From an uncultured Treponema sp. (GTDB lineage: Bacteria > Spirochaetota > Spirochaetia > Treponematales > Treponemataceae), in the NCBI GenBank assembly GCA_937877515.1, contig CALFIX010000049.1:7485-71484 (forward strand): a stretch of DNA of 64,000 nucleotides, written 5' to 3'. The position numbers were made by a program, and so were the translations under genes. Each line of letters starts with the position of its first letter. The stretch's first letter is position 1. A model generated the notes under the pieces. That model was not told the DNA's origin. It saw only the letters and a list, made by a program, of their open reading frames with translations, and did no database searches. Below are positions 48,085 through 58,871 of the stretch, piece by piece.

Positions 48085-49518
48085 ATGTCAGAAATGGCAG
48101 ATGCAATCCATGCACTTATTGCAGAAAAAGGCGTAAGTGAGGATTCAGTCAAGCGAACAGTAGAGAATGCAATTAAGGCGGCTTACAAACGTACTTACGG
48201 ACAGTCAGAAAACTGTATCGTAAAGTTTGCAGATGATTTATCAGAAGTTTATGTTTATGCACGTAAAACAATTGTAGACGGCGTTTACGATCCTTCTCAG
48301 GAAATTGAGCTTGAAGAAGCTTTGCAGTATAGCGAAGAATGTGAAGTTGGAGACGAAATAGATATTCTCTTAGACCCTCATAATTTTGAACGCTCTGCAG
48401 TTTCTACAGGTAAGCAGACTGCTCATCAGGGACTTAACGAAAGCTTTAAGGAAAATCTTTATAGTGAATACAAGGATAAAATTGGTGAAATCATAATCGG
48501 TTATTACCAGAGAGAACACAATGGAAGCATTTATGTAGATCTCGGTAAGGTAGAGGGATTCCTTCCTTCTAAGTTTCAGAGTCCTCGCGAAACCTATGAA
48601 AAAAATGACCGCATTAAGGCTTTAATTACAGATATTAAACGTACGAACAACGGCATACAGCTTGTTTTAAGCCGTACAGATCCAAAATTTGTAGAAAATA
48701 TTGTAGAGCTTGAAGTTCCTGAAGTTCAGGATAAGACAATAGAAATTTACAAGGTTGTTCGTGAAGCCGGTTACCGCACAAAGATTGCAGTTTATTCTAA
48801 CAAGGCTGGCGTAGACGCGGTAGGTTCCTGTGTAGGTATAAAAGGTCAGCGTATTCAGAATGTTATCCGCGAATTGGAAGGCGAAAAGATTGATGTCCTT
48901 GAATACAACGAAGACCCTCATGTATTTATTGCAAATGCCCTTTCACCTGCAGAAGTAAAGCGTGTTGTTATTAAAGACGCAGAAAAAAGAGAAGCTCTGG
49001 CTGTTGTAAGCGATGAGGCATTCTCTCTTGCAATTGGTAAGCAGGGGCAGAATGTACGTCTTGCAAATAAGCTTTGCGACTGGAACATAGATGTTAAGAC
49101 AGAGGACCAGGTTTCTGAAGCAGATCTTACAGAAAATGAAAATCTTCGTGCTGCTGCAGAAGAGCTCTTTACGGAAAATCCGGAAGAAGAAGTTGCATTG
49201 GTAAGTGAACTTCCTGGCGTAGATGAGCGTGTTGCAGAAATCTTAAGAAACAGCGGTCTTGATGATATAGAAGTATTTGTAAATGCTGTAGAAGACGGTT
49301 CTGTACAGAAGATAGAAGGTCTTACACAGGATGATATAGAAACTCTTAATAAGATTATCAGCGAAAACGTAGAGTTTGCTGATGAAGATGAGGTTTCGGA
49401 AGAAGAGGGAGAGGCAGAGGAAGAAGAGTATTTCTGTCCTGACTGCGGTGCAAAAATCTCTCTGGATATGACACACTGCCCAGCATGCGGTGTTGAACTG
49501 GTTTTTGAGGAAAACTAA
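48085..49518 (+). CDS. nusA: Transcription termination/antitermination factor NusA with C-terminal Zn ribbon
   Basis: S1/KH motifs (REAGYRTKIAV, AIGKQGQNVRLA); CPDC...CPAC tail. Confidence 0.96.
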   Translation: MSEMADAIHALIAEKGVSEDSVKRTVENAIKAAYKRTYGQSENCIVKFADDLSEVYVYARKTIVDGVYDPSQEIELEEALQYSEECEVGDEIDILLDPHNFERSAVSTGKQTAHQGLNESFKENLYSEYKDKIGEIIIGYYQREHNGSIYVDLGKVEGFLPSKFQSPRETYEKNDRIKALITDIKRTNNGIQLVLSRTDPKFVENIVELEVPEVQDKTIEIYKVVREAGYRTKIAVYSNKAGVDAVGSCVGIKGQRIQNVIRELEGEKIDVLEYNEDPHVFIANALSPAEVKRVVIKDAEKREALAVVSDEAFSLAIGKQGQNVRLANKLCDWNIDVKTEDQVSEADLTENENLRAAAEELFTENPEEEVALVSELPGVDERVAEILRNSGLDDIEVFVNAVEDGSVQKIEGLTQDDIETLNKIISENVEFADEDEVSEEEGEAEEEEYFCPDCGAKISLDMTHCPACGVELVFEEN

Positions 49519-49533
49519 GGAAGGCGAAATAGT

Positions 49534-52416
49534 ATGGCGGATGAAGTAGAAAAGAAGCCCGGATTTGTATTGAATAAAAGAGAAAAGAAAAGTGAAAGCC
49601 CCAGTGAGCAGACTCAAGCTGCTCAGCCTAAGAAAAAGGTTGTTGTAGTACGCTCTAAAAAGCCTGGAGCGGGTGGCGTTCATGTTGTTGCAAAAAAGGC
49701 TCCTGATTCATCTGCCGCACAAAGTTCTTCTAATGCAGAAAATCAAAAGCCGGTTATAAAGGAAAATAAAGCTACGGAAGCTTCTCCTGAAACAAAGCCA
49801 GCAGAAGCTGCTCCTGTGCCTAAAAAAGAAGCTGAAGAAAAGTCTGTTTCAAAAGAAACAGGACGTTCTGAGCGTGGAAGCGAAAAAGGATCTAGGCCTC
49901 AGAGAAGCGGTTCATCATCCGTTTCTTCTTTTCAAACAAGCAGGCCTAATGTCAGAGCCGGTAACTTAAGTGGTGGTCCGCACGGTCGTTATGGAAATAA
50001 CGGTGGCTATGGCAGAAACAACGGTTCTTCCGGCGGTTTTACAGGTGCTCAGGCTCGGGAAGGATACCAGAATAGAGAACGTTCCGGAAACTTCCAGGGT
50101 AACAGAAACTCAGGTCAGTCTGGCTATGGTCAGAACCGCGGTGGCTTTAATGGTCAGGGCGGACGCTCCGGTTATAATAATGGTCAGGGCGGACGATCCG
50201 GCGGCTTTAACGGTCAGTGCGGACGTTCTTCTGGCTTTGCAGGTCAGGGACGCGGAGGCTTTAATGGTCAGGGTGGAAGCCGTCCTGGTTCAGGAGGATT
50301 TTCTCCTCGTTCGGGAATGGGGACTCCCCGCCCGACTTTTGGAAATGCAAGTCAGCTTGCAGGAAATAAGGCTCCTGCAAAGAAAGCATTCAAAGGTAAG
50401 AAACAGGTTTATAACAGAAAAGATCAGGAACAGGCTTTTGATGAAGACGAGCTTTATCAGAACAAAAAAAAGGAAGTTACTGTAGCCAGTGCAGTTCCTG
50501 ATAAAATTGATATTTTTGAAACTATTACAGTTGCAGACCTTGCAAAGAAGATGAATCTCAAAGCCGGCGAAATTATTGCAAAGCTTATGAGTATGGGTAT
50601 GATGGTTACAATTAACCAGAGTATTGACAGCGACACTGCAACCATTTTAGCAAGTGAATACAACTGTGAAGTTCACCTGGTAAGTCTTTACGATGAAACC
50701 GTTATAGAAAGCGAAAAGGGCGAAGATTCAACTGTAAAACTTCGTCCTCCGATTGTTACTGTCATGGGTCACGTTGACCATGGTAAGACAAAGACATTGG
50801 ACGCCATCCGCAATACAAATGTTGTAGCCGGTGAAGCCGGTGGTATTACTCAGAAGATTGGTGCTTACCAGGTTACAACTCCAAAGGGTGTAATTACATT
50901 CTTAGATACTCCTGGTCACGAAGCATTCACAATGATGCGTGCCCGTGGTGCTCAGGTTACAGATATTGTTGTTCTGGTTGTTGCAGCTGATGACGGTGTC
51001 ATGCCTCAGACATTGGAAGCAATTAGCCATGCAAAGGATGCAAAGGTACCTATTATTGTTGCAGTTAACAAAATAGATAAGCCTGAGGCAAATCCTGACC
51101 GTGTAATGACTCAGCTTTCTGAACACGGGCTTACACCGGAAGCCTGGGGTGGAGACACTCAGTATGTAAATATTTCTGCCCTCAAGAGGGAAGGTATAGA
51201 TGACCTTCTTGATGCCATTTTAGTTCAGGCAGAGGTTTTAGAGTTAAAGGCTCAGTATGACTGCCGTGCAGAAGGTAAAGTTCTTGAAAGCCGCATTGAC
51301 CAGGGACGCGGTGTTGTTGCAAGCGTTGTTGTTGAACGCGGAACTTTACGCACCGGAGATCCTTTTGTTGCAGGTATTTATTCTGGACGTGTAAGAGCCC
51401 TCTTTGATGACCACGGAAACAAAATAAAAGAGGCAACTCCTGCAATGCCTGTAGAGGTTTTAGGTATAGAAAGCATGCCTAACGCAGGGGATCCTTTCCA
51501 GGTTACTGAAACAGAAAAAGATGCACGTGTGTTTGCTGCAAAAAGACAGGAACTTAAACGTTTTGAAGACGCAAAAGCAGTTAAGCGTGTTAATATTGAT
51601 AACCTTTACTCAACTATTGAACAGCGCGAAGTTAAAGAGCTTAAGCTTATCATTAAGGCAGACTTACAGGGTAGTGCGGAAGCACTTAAGACTTCCCTTG
51701 AAAAGCTTTCTACATCTGAAATCCGCGTAGCAGTCATTCACTCTAGTGCGGGTGCCATTAACGAAAGTGATGTTTCTTTGGCTGCAAGTGATGATAACGC
51801 AATCATTATTGGCTTTAACGTACGTCCGACACCTAAAGCAAAGCTTCTTGCAGATAAGGAAGCTGTAGAAATCCGCAAGTACAGCATTATCTACAAGTGT
51901 GTTGAAGAAATTCAGCAGGCTATGGAAGGTATGCTCCAGCCGGATACAAAAGAAGAAGTTACAGGTATGCTTGAAGTTAGAAACACATTCCGTGTTCCTA
52001 AGGTTGGCGTTATTGCAGGATGTTACGTTACAGACGGTGTTGTTAAAAAGACAAGCAGCATAAACCTTATCAGAGATGGTGTTGTAAAGTTTACGGGAAA
52101 GGTTTCTTCTCTAAAGAGATTCAAGGAAGATGCAAAAGAAGTTCGTGAAGGTTATGAATGTGGTCTTGGTATAGAAAACTGGCAGGACATTCAGGTTGGA
52201 GACCAGATAGAAGCCTTTGAATTTGTAGAAGTAAAACGTAAACTTGGTCAGGCACTTGTAGACGAAAGAGCCCAGGTAGAAAAAGCTGTTCGCGAAAGAG
52301 AACAAGCTGCTGCTCAGAAAGCTAAAGAAGAAGAAGCTTTAAGGGCAGAAGAAGAGAGAGCCGCTAAAGAAGCCGGTAAAGCTGCAAAAAGAGCTCAAGA
52401 GGAGAAGGCTGAATAA
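49534..52416 (+). CDS. infB: Translation initiation factor IF-2
   Basis: MGHVDHGKT, DTPGHEAF and NKID GTPase motifs. Confidence 0.97.
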   Translation: MADEVEKKPGFVLNKREKKSESPSEQTQAAQPKKKVVVVRSKKPGAGGVHVVAKKAPDSSAAQSSSNAENQKPVIKENKATEASPETKPAEAAPVPKKEAEEKSVSKETGRSERGSEKGSRPQRSGSSSVSSFQTSRPNVRAGNLSGGPHGRYGNNGGYGRNNGSSGGFTGAQAREGYQNRERSGNFQGNRNSGQSGYGQNRGGFNGQGGRSGYNNGQGGRSGGFNGQCGRSSGFAGQGRGGFNGQGGSRPGSGGFSPRSGMGTPRPTFGNASQLAGNKAPAKKAFKGKKQVYNRKDQEQAFDEDELYQNKKKEVTVASAVPDKIDIFETITVADLAKKMNLKAGEIIAKLMSMGMMVTINQSIDSDTATILASEYNCEVHLVSLYDETVIESEKGEDSTVKLRPPIVTVMGHVDHGKTKTLDAIRNTNVVAGEAGGITQKIGAYQVTTPKGVITFLDTPGHEAFTMMRARGAQVTDIVVLVVAADDGVMPQTLEAISHAKDAKVPIIVAVNKIDKPEANPDRVMTQLSEHGLTPEAWGGDTQYVNISALKREGIDDLLDAILVQAEVLELKAQYDCRAEGKVLESRIDQGRGVVASVVVERGTLRTGDPFVAGIYSGRVRALFDDHGNKIKEATPAMPVEVLGIESMPNAGDPFQVTETEKDARVFAAKRQELKRFEDAKAVKRVNIDNLYSTIEQREVKELKLIIKADLQGSAEALKTSLEKLSTSEIRVAVIHSSAGAINESDVSLAASDDNAIIIGFNVRPTPKAKLLADKEAVEIRKYSIIYKCVEEIQQAMEGMLQPDTKEEVTGMLEVRNTFRVPKVGVIAGCYVTDGVVKKTSSINLIRDGVVKFTGKVSSLKRFKEDAKEVREGYECGLGIENWQDIQVGDQIEAFEFVEVKRKLGQALVDERAQVEKAVREREQAAAQKAKEEEALRAEEERAAKEAGKAAKRAQEEKAE
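50140..50280 (+). repeat. Degenerate ~30-bp tandem repeat encoding GGFNGQGGRS in the IF2 N-terminus
   Basis: Five copies of a GGTCAG(G/T)G core at 24-30-bp spacing. Confidence 0.75.
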
Positions 52417-52799
52417 TGGGTCAGTTTAGATTACAGAAGCTTGGCGAGCAGATTCGTGAAGAAATTGCTTCCATGCTTCTAAAACATGAAATAAAGGATC
52501 CCCGGGTAAATGAGTTTTTAAGCATAAATCGTGTAGAAGTTGTTGCAGATTTGGCTTACGCAAAGGTTTATGTTTCGTCTTTCTTAGATGATAAGTCTGT
52601 AGAAAGAGGAGTTGAAGGCTTAAACTCTGCGGCAGGTTATATTCAGTCCTGCGTTGCAAAGAGAATTTCTACATATCGTTTTCCTCACCTGACTTTTGTT
52701 GCTGATTTTAGCATGAAAGAAGGTTACAAGATGGTGCAAAAATTAGATGCTCTTACAAAAGAAAGGGAAGAATTAGAAGCTAATGGCAAAGAAGAATAA
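52416..52799 (+). CDS. rbfA: 30S ribosome-binding factor A
   Basis: IKDPRV, DLAYAKVYVS, P.LTF.AD; position after infB. Confidence 0.93.
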   Translation: MGQFRLQKLGEQIREEIASMLLKHEIKDPRVNEFLSINRVEVVADLAYAKVYVSSFLDDKSVERGVEGLNSAAGYIQSCVAKRISTYRFPHLTFVADFSMKEGYKMVQKLDALTKEREELEANGKEE

Positions 52800-54693
52800 A
52801 AAGCCTTTAGTTCCAGGTATTGTTCCCTTAGCAAAACTTCCGGGTCCAACAAGCTTTTCGTCTTTATGGAGTATAAAACATGCTCTTAACACAGAAAAAG
52901 TCGGACACACGGGAACTTTAGATTCTTTTGCAGAGGGGCTCCTTGTAGTCTTGTCCGGAAAATTAACTCATCTTGTTCCTCATGTAACAGGTTTTACAAA
53001 AACTTATAAGGCTGTGGTATGTTTTGGTCGCGGCACAGTTACCTTAGACCCTACTGTTCCCTGTACGGTCTTTGGCAGGGCTGTTACAAAAAAAGAAGTT
53101 GAAGAGGTTATCCCAAAATTTACAGGAGCGCTTCTTCAGAAACCTCCTGTCTATAGTGCTTTAAGAGTTGACGGCATTAGAGCAAGTGATGCTGTTCGTG
53201 ACGGAAGTGAAGTAAAGCTTGAGAGCAGAGAAATTTTTGTTTATGAGAATAAGCTTATAGATTTTAAGGAATACGATGGCTCTGGTGTTTCTTATGCCCT
53301 CCTGGAAATAAAGTGCTCCAAGGGAACTTACATAAGGGCAATTGCCCGCGATATGGCAAAGGCATTAGGCACTGTAAGCTATTTATGTGCATTGCGCAGA
53401 ACAGAAGTTGGTCCTTTTTCGCTAAACGAAGCTGCTTGTGCTAGTGAATTAAAGGATTTTACAATTGAATACGGAATAAGGAATGCATCTTATTTTGAGT
53501 CTCTAAAAGATTCTAAGCCTCAGAAAATAGAAGATACTCCGGAAATGTATGCTTCTATCCGCAGTCATCTTTTAAGGTTTACTCCGGAAGTTGCATATTC
53601 GTGCGGTTTCAGTTCTGACATATTAAAAAAAGAAGCCGAGCGTCTTTATGCAAATGGCCGGCCGTTATTGTGGAAGCATTTTTCCCGCATTCAGGAATTG
53701 GAAGAAAAGCCCAAGAATGAGTGGAGGTGCGAGACAAGCTTTGCAGTCTATTATAGCGACATGCAGTTTGCCGGCATGATGAACATTGTAAATTCAAAAC
53801 CAAAATATGGCTTTGTTGTTCCTCACGCAAAAAAAGAATTCAAGGTATATGACTGGACAGATGTCTTAAAGGGTGAGTTTCCTTTGCAATGGAAAAATAA
53901 AGGAACTTCTTTAACTATTGGGAGTTTTGACGGGCTTCATGCAGGGCATGATGCACTTTTTGAAAGTACTCTTTCTTATGCAAAAGAAAAATCTCTAGTA
54001 CCTGGAGTTGTAACTTTTACTCGTTCTTGTAAAACAAATGATCCTCTGTTTAAAGGTCAGATAACAACACTTTCTCAAAAGCTGGATTTCCTTAAAAATA
54101 AAGGATTCAGCTTTGTTTTAGTCATTGACTTTTCGCCTGAATTTAGTAAAATGGAGGGAACTTCTTTTGTTCATTTTATAAGAGAGGCATTAGGTCTTTC
54201 TTATTTAGCAGAAGGTGAAGATTTTAGGTGCGGCTATAAAGGGCTGCTTACTATGAAAGAGCTTTCCCTTGTTGCAAAAGACGAAAACTTTATTTTGCAG
54301 ACTGTAGAAGATGTTGTTTTAGATGGAAAAAGAGTTTCTTCTAGCAGAGTTCGTGAAAGTGTTTTTAATGCAGAGTTTTTAAATGTTCAGAAGATGCTTT
54401 TAAGGCCTTTTTCTTTTGACTGTTCGGGTTTTGAATGGCAGAAAGAAAGGGAAGATAAAGATGGAGTTTGGCTTGTTTCAAACCGTCTTAGTGCACAGGT
54501 GCTTCCAAAAGAAGGCATCTATAATGTTGTGGCAATACTGTCTGGAGACGAAGCTTTTGAAGATTCGGTGGAATTAAAAGAGGTTTCGTGTAACACGCTA
54601 CATACATTGTTTTCTGTAGAGAAGGATTTTATAAAAATCTTACTTGCAACAGAAGGCATGGCTAAGCGCGTGCAGGCAATAAATTTTTTATAA
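52783..54693 (+). CDS. truB: tRNA pseudouridine(55) synthase fused to FAD synthetase (RibF N-terminal) domain
   Basis: GHTGTLD, PPVYSA, CSKGTYIRA (TruB); IGSFDGLHAGH, GEDFRCG, VSSSRVR (FMN adenylyltransferase) in one frame. Confidence 0.88.
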   Translation: MAKKNKKPLVPGIVPLAKLPGPTSFSSLWSIKHALNTEKVGHTGTLDSFAEGLLVVLSGKLTHLVPHVTGFTKTYKAVVCFGRGTVTLDPTVPCTVFGRAVTKKEVEEVIPKFTGALLQKPPVYSALRVDGIRASDAVRDGSEVKLESREIFVYENKLIDFKEYDGSGVSYALLEIKCSKGTYIRAIARDMAKALGTVSYLCALRRTEVGPFSLNEAACASELKDFTIEYGIRNASYFESLKDSKPQKIEDTPEMYASIRSHLLRFTPEVAYSCGFSSDILKKEAERLYANGRPLLWKHFSRIQELEEKPKNEWRCETSFAVYYSDMQFAGMMNIVNSKPKYGFVVPHAKKEFKVYDWTDVLKGEFPLQWKNKGTSLTIGSFDGLHAGHDALFESTLSYAKEKSLVPGVVTFTRSCKTNDPLFKGQITTLSQKLDFLKNKGFSFVLVIDFSPEFSKMEGTSFVHFIREALGLSYLAEGEDFRCGYKGLLTMKELSLVAKDENFILQTVEDVVLDGKRVSSSRVRESVFNAEFLNVQKMLLRPFSFDCSGFEWQKEREDKDGVWLVSNRLSAQVLPKEGIYNVVAILSGDEAFEDSVELKEVSCNTLHTLFSVEKDFIKILLATEGMAKRVQAINFL

Positions 54694-54703
54694 GGAGTAA
54701 GTT

Positions 54704-54973
54704 ATGGCACTTACAAAAGAAACAACTGCGTCTATCGTAGCAAAATTCGGTTCATCTGCATCTGACACCGGAAACACAAAAGTTCAGATTGCTCTTCTTA
54801 CAGAACGCATTAAGGAACTTACTGCACACTGTAAGGCATTCCCAAAGGATACGGGAGCTTCTCGCGGTCTTCTTAAAGTTGTAGGACAGAGACGTAAGAT
54901 GCTTAAGTATATGCAGCGCACAGACCTCGAAGGATATCGTGCACTTATTAAGGAACTTGGTATCCGTAAGTAA
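54704..54973 (+). CDS. rpsO: 30S ribosomal protein S15
   Basis: DTGNTKVQIALLTERI and RGLLKVVGQRRKMLKY. Confidence 0.97.
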   Translation: MALTKETTASIVAKFGSSASDTGNTKVQIALLTERIKELTAHCKAFPKDTGASRGLLKVVGQRRKMLKYMQRTDLEGYRALIKELGIRK

Positions 54974-54988
54974 ATTAATTTGTCGAGA

Positions 54989-55030
54989 AAATGGCAGTTG
55001 CAGTTTTCTGTAATTGCCATTTGTTATTTT
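54989..55030 (+). terminator. Terminator after rpsO
   Basis: AAATGGCAGTTGCAG-tttt-CTGTAATTGCCATTT stem. Confidence 0.75.
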
Positions 55031-55097
55031 AGAGGGATTCTGGCTGTTCAAACGGAACCCCACGGATTTTATGCCGGATGTAATTTTTACAGAAGGC

Positions 55098-55260
55098 ATG
55101 AGGCCGGCGTGTAAGGGAGCTGTAAGCGTTCGTAGAATAATTCGGGCTGTGTGTCTTTTTGTCATTTAGGTTTACGAAATGACTTTGCGCACTGTCTTCG
55201 TTCAGCCCCAATTATTCTGCGAATGAAGCGTTAGCGGAACCCTGAAAGGCCGTAATAAGA
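55098..55260 (+). repeat. Long nested-hairpin element, family B, in the pnp leader
   Basis: ATGAGGCCGGC ... GCCGTAATAAGA ends; inner TTCGTAGAATAATT/AATTATTCTGCGAA, GGGCTG/CAGCCC and GTCATTT/AAATGAC stems. Confidence 0.65.
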
Positions 55261-55345
55261 ACTTATTTTTTGGTTAATACAAAAACATTTGTCCTTAAAA
55301 AAATTGCCGACAAAAATCCCAAAAAGAAGAACAAAGAAGGAAACA

Positions 55346-57451
55346 ATGGTACAAAGAGTAACTCGTAAAGTAGGGGATCAGGAGATTATCCTTGAAACCG
55401 GAAAGATTGGCAAACAGGCCAATGGTTGTGTGTACGCTCAGGTAGGCGGCACTGTAGTAATTGCAACAGTTTGTGCATCTAGCGATGTAAAAGAAGGTCT
55501 TGATTTTGTTCCTGTAACTGTTGACTATAACGAAAAATTTTATGCAGCGGGAAAAATCCCTGGTGGCTTTGTAAAGAGAGAAGGCCGCCCGAAGGATAAG
55601 GAAATTTTAGTTAGCCGTTTAATCGACCGCCCGATGCGCCCGCTTTTTCACAAGGAATTTGGTCGTGAGCTACAGATAGTTCCAACTTGTGTTTCTATTG
55701 ACGGTGTAAACCCACCAGATATTTTAGCAGTTATTGCTTCTAGTGCTGCTGTTACAATTTCTGACATTCCGTTTGACGGTCCTGTTGCTGGCTGCCGTGT
55801 TGCATACATTAATGGTGAGTACGTTATTAACCCAACTTATGCCCAGCAGGAAAAAGCTAGTCTTGAGATTGTTGTTGCCGGTACAAAAGACGGCTTTACA
55901 ATGGTTGAAGGTGGTGCTAACGAAGCTACAGAAGAAGTAATGCTTGGTGCTTTAGAGAAGGCTCAGGGCTTTATTACGGATATGTGTCTTTTACAGGAAG
56001 AACTTCAGAAGCTTTGCGGAAAAGAAAAACTCCCACTTGCTCCACTTAATGTTCAGCTTGAAAACAAAGACGCTATTGAAGCAGAAGCTACTCCTTTAAT
56101 GCAGGAAGCATGTTTCCAGAAAGGTAAAAATGCACGCTACGAAGCAGTTAAGGCTGTTAAAAAGCAGATTGCAGAAAAGTATGCAGAACAGCTTACTGAT
56201 GAAATTCAGAAAAAACTTTTTGACGCACTGTTTGACGACATTCAGTATCGTCTTTTAAGAAAGAGCATTCTTGAAAAAGGTCTTCGTATTGACGGCCGCG
56301 GAACAGAAGATATTCGTCCAATTACTTGCGAAATTAATGTTTTACCACGTCCTCACGGAAGTGCCCTCTTTACTCGTGGAGAAACTCAGTCTCTTGCAGT
56401 TACTACTCTTGGAACAAGCATGGACGAGCAGGTTTATGATGATATTGAAGGAGATAGAAGCGAAAACTTTATCCTTCACTATAACTTCCCTCCATACTCA
56501 GTTGGAGAAGTAGGTAAGCTTACAACAGGTCGCCGTGAAATTGGTCACGGAAACCTTGCACGCCGCTCACTTGCTCCAATGATTCCTAGCCGCGAAGAGT
56601 TCCCATATACAATTCGTGTTGTTTCTGAAATTATGGAATCTAACGGTTCTTCAAGCCAGGCTTCTACTTGTGGCGGTTGTCTTTCACTTTTGGCAGCCGG
56701 CGTTCCAATGAAGAAGATGGTTGCTGGTATTGCAATGGGTCTTATTACAGAAGGTGACGAGCAGAATCCTTACAAAAAGTATGCAATTCTTTCTGACATC
56801 TTAGGTGAAGAAGACCACTTAGGCGACATGGACTTTAAGGTAGCCGGTACCCGTGACGGTATTACAGGCTTCCAGATGGATATTAAGATTGCCGGTGTTT
56901 CTATGGACATCATGCGTAAGGCTTTAGACCAGGCAAAACGCGGAAGAAACCACATCTTAAACATTATGGAACAGTGCATTTCTAAGCCTCAGCCTGTTAG
57001 TGCATTTGCTCCAAAAATTGAAAGCCTTAAGATTCCTGTAGACAAGATTGGCGCTTTAATCGGTCCTGGCGGAAAGAACGTAAAGGCTTTGTGTCAGCAG
57101 TACAGCGTTAAAATTGACACTGGAGAAGATGGAACAGTTACAATCTTTGGTGCTAACGGTAAGAATACGGAAGAAGCAAAGAAAGCCGTTAAGGCAATTT
57201 GCGAGGATCCGGAGCCAGGTACAATCTATAACGGTACTGTAAAGCGCATTATGGACTTTGGTGCCTTTGTTGAAATTTTACCGGGTAAAGAAGGTCTCTG
57301 CCACATTTCTAAGCTTTCTAGAAGCCGCGTAGAAAAGGTAACAGATGTTCTTAAAGAAGGTCAGGTAATTCCTGTTAAGCTTCTTGAAGTTGACAAGATG
57401 GGCCGCTTAAACCTTTCTTACATTGATGCCGTTGAGGAACAGGCAAAATAA
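55346..57451 (+). CDS. pnp: Polyribonucleotide nucleotidyltransferase (PNPase)
   Basis: [42 protein letters not shown] and S1 domains. Confidence 0.97.
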   Translation: MVQRVTRKVGDQEIILETGKIGKQANGCVYAQVGGTVVIATVCASSDVKEGLDFVPVTVDYNEKFYAAGKIPGGFVKREGRPKDKEILVSRLIDRPMRPLFHKEFGRELQIVPTCVSIDGVNPPDILAVIASSAAVTISDIPFDGPVAGCRVAYINGEYVINPTYAQQEKASLEIVVAGTKDGFTMVEGGANEATEEVMLGALEKAQGFITDMCLLQEELQKLCGKEKLPLAPLNVQLENKDAIEAEATPLMQEACFQKGKNARYEAVKAVKKQIAEKYAEQLTDEIQKKLFDALFDDIQYRLLRKSILEKGLRIDGRGTEDIRPITCEINVLPRPHGSALFTRGETQSLAVTTLGTSMDEQVYDDIEGDRSENFILHYNFPPYSVGEVGKLTTGRREIGHGNLARRSLAPMIPSREEFPYTIRVVSEIMESNGSSSQASTCGGCLSLLAAGVPMKKMVAGIAMGLITEGDEQNPYKKYAILSDILGEEDHLGDMDFKVAGTRDGITGFQMDIKIAGVSMDIMRKALDQAKRGRNHILNIMEQCISKPQPVSAFAPKIESLKIPVDKIGALIGPGGKNVKALCQQYSVKIDTGEDGTVTIFGANGKNTEEAKKAVKAICEDPEPGTIYNGTVKRIMDFGAFVEILPGKEGLCHISKLSRSRVEKVTDVLKEGQVIPVKLLEVDKMGRLNLSYIDAVEEQAK

Positions 57452-57488
57452 TTTGTTCGGTAAAAGACAGTAATCTTTTCTGACAAAA

Positions 57489-57537
57489 ATGCCCTCTCTA
57501 TATGAAGTTTGCTTCTATATGGGAGGGTGTTTTTTTT
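57489..57537 (+). terminator. Terminator after pnp
   Basis: ATGCCCTCTCTATAT...ATATGGGAGGGTGT stem plus T8. Confidence 0.75.
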
Positions 57538-57566
57538 GTTTAGTATTTGATATATTTAAGCTTGCA

Positions 57567-58871
57567 ATGATAAAAAAACAGATTCTAAAAAATAATATTG
57601 CCCTGATAACAGAAGATATAGAAAACGCAAAAAGTGTAGCATTAGGCTTTTACTTTTTAAATGCAGGCAGCCGTTATGAGAACGATGATGAACGCGGAAT
57701 AAGTCACTTTTGTGAGCACATGCTGTTTAAGGGAGCATCCTATAAAGATAAAAACTTGACTCCACATGACATAGCTTTAGTGTTTGACAGAATGGGCGGC
57801 TATGTTAATGCGTTTACGGAGCGTGATGACGTTTGTGCTTACTGCATTTTTCCTGCCCTGGAAAATAATCTTAATGAAGCTTTGAAAACGTTTTGTGCAA
57901 TGGCCTCCTGCTGTACTTTTCCCCCTGATGAACTTGAAAACGAGAGGGCTGTAATTAAAAATGAAGTTCTTTCCGTTTTAGATGACTCAGAAGAAAGTGC
58001 CCTGGAAAAGCTTGCTGAATGTATGTGGCATGATAATCCCTTAGGTAAGAGCATAACAGGCAGCGTTAAAGATGTAGAAAGCCTTACTAGAGAAGCTCTT
58101 CTAAAGTGGTATGAGGAACGCTTTGTTAAAGGAGAACTTGCTGTAAGTGTTTCAGGAGCCTTAAAAGAAAAAGATTATGATTTACTTGCAGAGTGTCTTG
58201 AAAAACTTCCTGAACATTCAAAGATAAAAAATTATCCTGGTGAGATGCATGTAAAGGAAAAGGCCTTGTGGCACAGCGGAACGACATTCTCTCTTGCAAG
58301 AAAGTTTTCTCAGGTTCAGGTTTATGTTTTGTACCCCGTAAAGATGCCCATGACTTTTAATGAAATGGCTTCCCTTACCGTGTTAAATACTGTAGTTGGA
58401 GATGCCATGAGCAGCCGTCTTTTTGAAAGCCTGAGGGAAAAAAACGGGCTTTGCTACAATACGTACAGTTTTTCTACATGTTATGAAGATGCAGGTTTTT
58501 GGGGTGCAGTGGCTTCCTGTGATAAAGAGAACGTGGTAAAGGTTTCTAAACTGCTTTTGAAGGAATTGAATGAGCTTTTAAGTGTTCCTCCGTCTGACGA
58601 AGAAATAAAAAATGCCAAGGCTCATGTTTTGGGCGAAGAGTATTTAGCTGGCGAAGATAGTGAAGCCGTAATGAAAAGAAATTTCCGTAATTTTGCGATG
58701 GGACTTGAATTGCCTGACACTGAAAAAATTCAGGACAGTATACGAAACGTGCAAAAAAATGCTATTATAGAGCTGATAAAAAAATTAATTTCAGAAGAAA
58801 AACGAATTTTCTTCGTTTACGGGCCTAAAGTTTCTTTAAGGCAAAAAAAGGAAATACTATGCAAAGTGTAG
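57567..58871 (+). CDS. M16 (pitrilysin) family zinc protease
   Basis: [13 protein letters not shown] (HxxEH), [15 protein letters not shown]; the ORF-track start lies inside the pnp terminator. Confidence 0.9.
   Translation: MIKKQILKNNIALITEDIENAKSVALGFYFLNAGSRYENDDERGISHFCEHMLFKGASYKDKNLTPHDIALVFDRMGGYVNAFTERDDVCAYCIFPALENNLNEALKTFCAMASCCTFPPDELENERAVIKNEVLSVLDDSEESALEKLAECMWHDNPLGKSITGSVKDVESLTREALLKWYEERFVKGELAVSVSGALKEKDYDLLAECLEKLPEHSKIKNYPGEMHVKEKALWHSGTTFSLARKFSQVQVYVLYPVKMPMTFNEMASLTVLNTVVGDAMSSRLFESLREKNGLCYNTYSFSTCYEDAGFWGAVASCDKENVVKVSKLLLKELNELLSVPPSDEEIKNAKAHVLGEEYLAGEDSEAVMKRNFRNFAMGLELPDTEKIQDSIRNVQKNAIIELIKKLISEEKRIFFVYGPKVSLRQKKEILCKV

Noticed and set aside
49970..50485. 171-aa alternative-frame ORF inside infB
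   Set aside because: By-product of stop-poor Gly-rich repeats
54752..55211. Minus-strand ORFs over rpsO and the pnp leader
   Set aside because: Antisense to a conserved gene and to hairpin DNA; no motifs. The same applies to the other short antisense or alternative-frame ORFs in the track
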